This document shows, one piece after another, positions 61,151 through 64,000 of a DNA stretch of 64,000 nt (position 1 is the stretch's first letter; the number at the start of each line of letters is the position of its first letter). The stretch comes from Spirochaetota bacterium (lineage in GTDB: Bacteria > Spirochaetota > UBA4802 > JAFGDQ01): positions 2,658 through 66,657 of the forward strand of contig JAFGDQ010000063.1 of the NCBI GenBank assembly GCA_016932015.1, in the 5' to 3' direction. Under the pieces are notes generated by a model. The model ran no database searches. It had not been told where the DNA came from and saw only the letters and a list, made by a program, of their open reading frames with translations. Both the position numbers and the translations under genes were made by a program.

Positions 61151-61855
61151 ATGGCAGAAGGAAATTTTGAAATTGTAAAGATAGCCGATAACAGCTGGCG
61201 TATTGAAGACGGCATGGTAAGGGCTTTTCTTTTTGAGGGAACAGAACGCGCTTTACTCGTTGACAGCGGCTTCGGAGAAGGAAATATCAGAGAGGTTGTT
61301 GAGGGGCTTACCGGGAAGCCGGTTATGCTTGTAAATACTCATGGAGATGATGATCATACAGGCTGCAATAGTCTTTTTGATAAAGCTTATATGCATCCTG
61401 CTGAATTTGCTTTTTATTATGAAGCTGTTCCTTCTGACGCAGTTGTATCCCCGCTGTGGGAAGGCGATATTATTGATATAGGCGGCAGAAAATTTGAAGT
61501 AATTTTAATTCCGGGCCATACACCGGGAAGCATAGCTCTGCTTGACCGCGAAAACAGAATACTTATTTCAGGGGATACTATTTCCGAGACGCCGATATTT
61601 ATGTTCGGTAAAGTCCGGAGTGTGCCTGCTCTAATCGTCAGCCTGGAAAAGCTGTCAAAGTTAAGTGACAGTTTTGATACTGTATATCCTTCACACGGCC
61701 CTTTTCCTGTAAGTAAAGATTTAATTGCGAAGGAGATCGCGGTAGCCAGAAAGCTGATTAATGGGGAACTTGAGGGGCAGGATCCTCCGTTTGAAATTCC
61801 TGCCAGAATGTATATTGCTGACGGAGCCGCGTTTTTTTATGATTTAAAAAAATGA
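61151..61855 (+). CDS. Metallo-beta-lactamase-fold hydrolase
   Basis: NTHGDDDH (variant of HxHxDH), PGHTPGS, SGD, PSHG. Confidence 0.88.
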   Translation: MAEGNFEIVKIADNSWRIEDGMVRAFLFEGTERALLVDSGFGEGNIREVVEGLTGKPVMLVNTHGDDDHTGCNSLFDKAYMHPAEFAFYYEAVPSDAVVSPLWEGDIIDIGGRKFEVILIPGHTPGSIALLDRENRILISGDTISETPIFMFGKVRSVPALIVSLEKLSKLSDSFDTVYPSHGPFPVSKDLIAKEIAVARKLINGELEGQDPPFEIPARMYIADGAAFFYDLKK

Positions 61856-61898
61856 TTTAAAATTTGTCACTGAAAGAGATTGTTTTTATTCAATTAGT

Positions 61899-61970
61899 GT
61901 AACTATTCAGCTGCTGTCAATCTATGAGCAAAAGCCATTTCTCAAGGAGGAACAATAGCTGAATAGTTGT
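61899..61970. mobile_element. 72-bp MITE with terminal inverted repeats and 8-bp target-site duplication
   Basis: GTAACTATTCAGCT...AGCTGAATAGTTGT flanked by CAATTAGT at 61891-61898 and 61971-61978. Confidence 0.78.
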
Positions 61971-62038
61971 CAATTAGTTTGTTTTTCTGAAAGAAAAAAT
62001 AAATATTTTTTATTACCGGCAATAAGTATCAGCGGGTA

Positions 62039-62446
62039 TCAGTTCACGCGGTACTTTTTTTTAGCGTCCCTGAGCCGGCTGTTCAATTTGTTTGAATAGC
62101 GGAAAAGAAGAAATGCCAGGACTATGCCAATGACTTCAGCTCCGGCAATTACAGCTATATAGTGCCGCATTTTAGTAATACCTGAAAGATATCCCGCAAG
62201 TCCTGTACCTGCGGCGATAATAATAACAACAGCTAAGAAAGTCCAGAACGGATGAGAACGGATTATACGGAATATGAGGCTCGCGCAGATAAACGCGGTA
62301 ATACCGATAAGGCATCCCGCAAGTCCGCTTTTGAACAGGTTTTCAGCAAGCGGGGCATTCTCATTAAGAATTACAGGAAAGCCTACAAGCATGCCTGCTG
62401 CTGCGGATAATAATGCTGTTGTAATAAATTGTTTTAAAATACTCAT
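62039..62446 (-). CDS. Four-TM membrane protein, LytTR partner
   Basis: Four hydrophobic segments and a basic tail (LNSRLRDAKKK), directly downstream of the LytTR gene. Confidence 0.7.
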   Translation of the reverse strand: MSILKQFITTALLSAAAGMLVGFPVILNENAPLAENLFKSGLAGCLIGITAFICASLIFRIIRSHPFWTFLAVVIIIAAGTGLAGYLSGITKMRHYIAVIAGAEVIGIVLAFLLFRYSNKLNSRLRDAKKKYRVN

Positions 62447-62456
62447 TACTTATATC

Positions 62457-62999
62457 CTACATCCCTATAAAGTTTTTAAAACTGCGAACATAACTGCGCG
62501 AAACTTCTATTTTATTTTCTATTTCCCTGAACTTCAGCAGCAGCCTGCCTGCGAACCACGGTACAATCTCTTCAACCCAGAGAATATTTATTATGTGGGA
62601 TTTGTTCACCCTGGCAAATCCGTTTCCCTGCAGGGAATTTTCAAGTTCATAAAGCTTTTGTTTTACTTCGTATTCATAATCTTCAGTGTAGCATTTAGTA
62701 ATGTTGCCTTCAGCCAGGAAGAAGATAATGTTTTCAGTTTGTACAATTTCATAGCTGTCTCCTTTTCTGCCGATAACATGGCGTGCTTTGCCTGACCCTG
62801 ACTTCGGAAATTCATCAAGAAATTCAATGAATTCATTCAAATTAAGCGGATCAAAACTTAACACTACGCCTTCCGCAGGAAGAGATGTGCCCTTTTCTGC
62901 AAAGGTAACTTCTGCTCTGTCATCAATAATAAAACCGCGTGATTCAAGGATTTCAGCAATTGCCTTTCTGTTATTATTGCATTGGAGGTTTATGTTCAT
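62457..62999 (-). CDS. LytTR-family DNA-binding regulator without canonical receiver domain
   Basis: KLYELE, FARVNKSHIIN, VSRSY...FK. Confidence 0.88.
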   Translation of the reverse strand: MNINLQCNNNRKAIAEILESRGFIIDDRAEVTFAEKGTSLPAEGVVLSFDPLNLNEFIEFLDEFPKSGSGKARHVIGRKGDSYEIVQTENIIFFLAEGNITKCYTEDYEYEVKQKLYELENSLQGNGFARVNKSHIINILWVEEIVPWFAGRLLLKFREIENKIEVSRSYVRSFKNFIGM

Positions 63000-63018
63000 C
63001 TTTTTAAAATTATAATAA

Positions 63019-63630
63019 TTATCTGCGTTTTAATTTAGGAAAGAATCGTCCGGTATTTTTTTTATATTCATCGTATTTTTTTCCGTAAATTTTATTTAAT
63101 TTCTGTTCTTCCTCAATTGTATGCCCATAGGTAACAATAAAAATGTATATAACAATAATCAAAGTATGAAGATTCGGCATAATAAGCAGGCATCCGGTTG
63201 AAGCTAAATAAAAAGTGAGATAACCCGGATTCCTGATATATTTATAAATTCCTGTTATAACCAGCTCCGGTTTCCGGTTGGAATTAACACCTTTCCTGAT
63301 TGCTGTTCCGGTTGATAATGTAAATGAGGCATATAAAGCGAAAGCGATTATCATTAAAATAACAGCAATGAGATACGCTATAAAATGATTCAAATATTGA
63401 CAGTTCAAAATCCAGTTCCGGCTTGGATAATGGAAAAAATAGACAAGAATATTCAGGTTGAAAAGAACAAAAGCAATTCCGAAAAACGGGGCCCATTTTG
63501 GTTTAATCTCATATTCTTTTGCTATTGACTGTTCGTATTTGCTTTCGACTTTACCGTATGTAAGGATGTGAATTATCCAGAAAGCTATGATCCAGACAAA
63601 AAGAAAAATCTGTGTGTAGTGGATTATCAT
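63019..63630 (-). CDS. Isoprenylcysteine carboxyl methyltransferase / PEMT-family membrane protein
   Basis: LVITGIYKYIRNPGY, EEQKL...YGKKYDEYKKNTGRFFP. Confidence 0.85.
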   Translation of the reverse strand: MIIHYTQIFLFVWIIAFWIIHILTYGKVESKYEQSIAKEYEIKPKWAPFFGIAFVLFNLNILVYFFHYPSRNWILNCQYLNHFIAYLIAVILMIIAFALYASFTLSTGTAIRKGVNSNRKPELVITGIYKYIRNPGYLTFYLASTGCLLIMPNLHTLIIVIYIFIVTYGHTIEEEQKLNKIYGKKYDEYKKNTGRFFPKLKRR

Positions 63631-63647
63631 TTTTTATCCCTTTTGAG

Positions 63648-64000
63648 TTATGATTTACTTGTTTTGAATTTTTCTAAACGCTTGATTGAATTCTTTATCC
63701 ATTTAATTTCATTTTTATAATACTCTATTCCATTATCAAGAATGATTTTCCATAATTCCTTTTCTTTTTCGCTTGTGGCATAGTCTATTGTGTTTTTTTC
63801 ATGATCAGGATCAGTGTATATATCAAGTTTCTCCAGAATTAAGCTTTCATAGCTCTTTAGAAATTTTATAATAAAGTCAGTATCATAATCCGCCATATAG
63901 GAAAGCTGAATTAACTGAGAATGACGTATTTCAGGTAAGGGCAGGGGCTCTCTAAGCCACTGGCTCAGCTGGCTTTTCCCTGATTCAGTAATCTTATAAA
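63648..64000 (-). CDS. PadR-family transcriptional regulator (5' end outside window)
   Basis: The frame is open upstream of the track ORF to the window edge: YKITESGKSQLSQWLREP...; C-terminal GIEYYKNEIKW helix. Confidence 0.8.
   Translation of the reverse strand, partial: YKITESGKSQLSQWLREPLPLPEIRHSQLIQLSYMADYDTDFIIKFLKSYESLILEKLDIYTDPDHEKNTIDYATSEKEKELWKIILDNGIEYYKNEIKWIKNSIKRLEKFKTSKS

Overview
AT-rich bacterial chromosomal window. It is most likely from an anaerobic diderm, and Spirochaetota is inferred from the lipoboxes and gene repertoire. From left to right it holds: (1) a Wzy-dependent exopolysaccharide locus (1-14205) with an AlgD-like dehydrogenase, a heparinase II/III-family protein, a Wzc with a degenerate Walker A, and a short OPX plus beta-barrel; (2) a candidate ~70-nt anti-Shine-Dalgarno sRNA with its own promoter and terminator (14286-14389); (3) a complete four-component corrinoid methyltransferase (O-demethylase-type) system; (4) an ECF sigma module and a PAS hybrid kinase; (5) housekeeping genes (efp, Xaa-Pro peptidase, aroQ, argS); (6) a CHASE2 cyclase/DHH/PP2C/PPP signalling cluster; (7) a Yej/Opp peptide ABC operon interrupted by an HEPN-MNT toxin-antitoxin cassette bounded by 57-bp direct repeats; (8) an HD-GYP protein; (9) btuFCD-like cobamide uptake genes with a GGA-rich 21-bp-periodic intergenic element and an exported BtuF-CbiZ fusion; (10) a selenocysteine peroxiredoxin (UGA plus SECIS) that the ORF track splits in two; (11) a membrane-fused B12 radical SAM enzyme and LytTR/PadR regulators. 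A small IS66-like MITE family is scattered through the intergenic regions. I saw no rRNA, tRNA, CRISPR array, integrase or transposase. All calls come from reading the sequence; no database searches were run.
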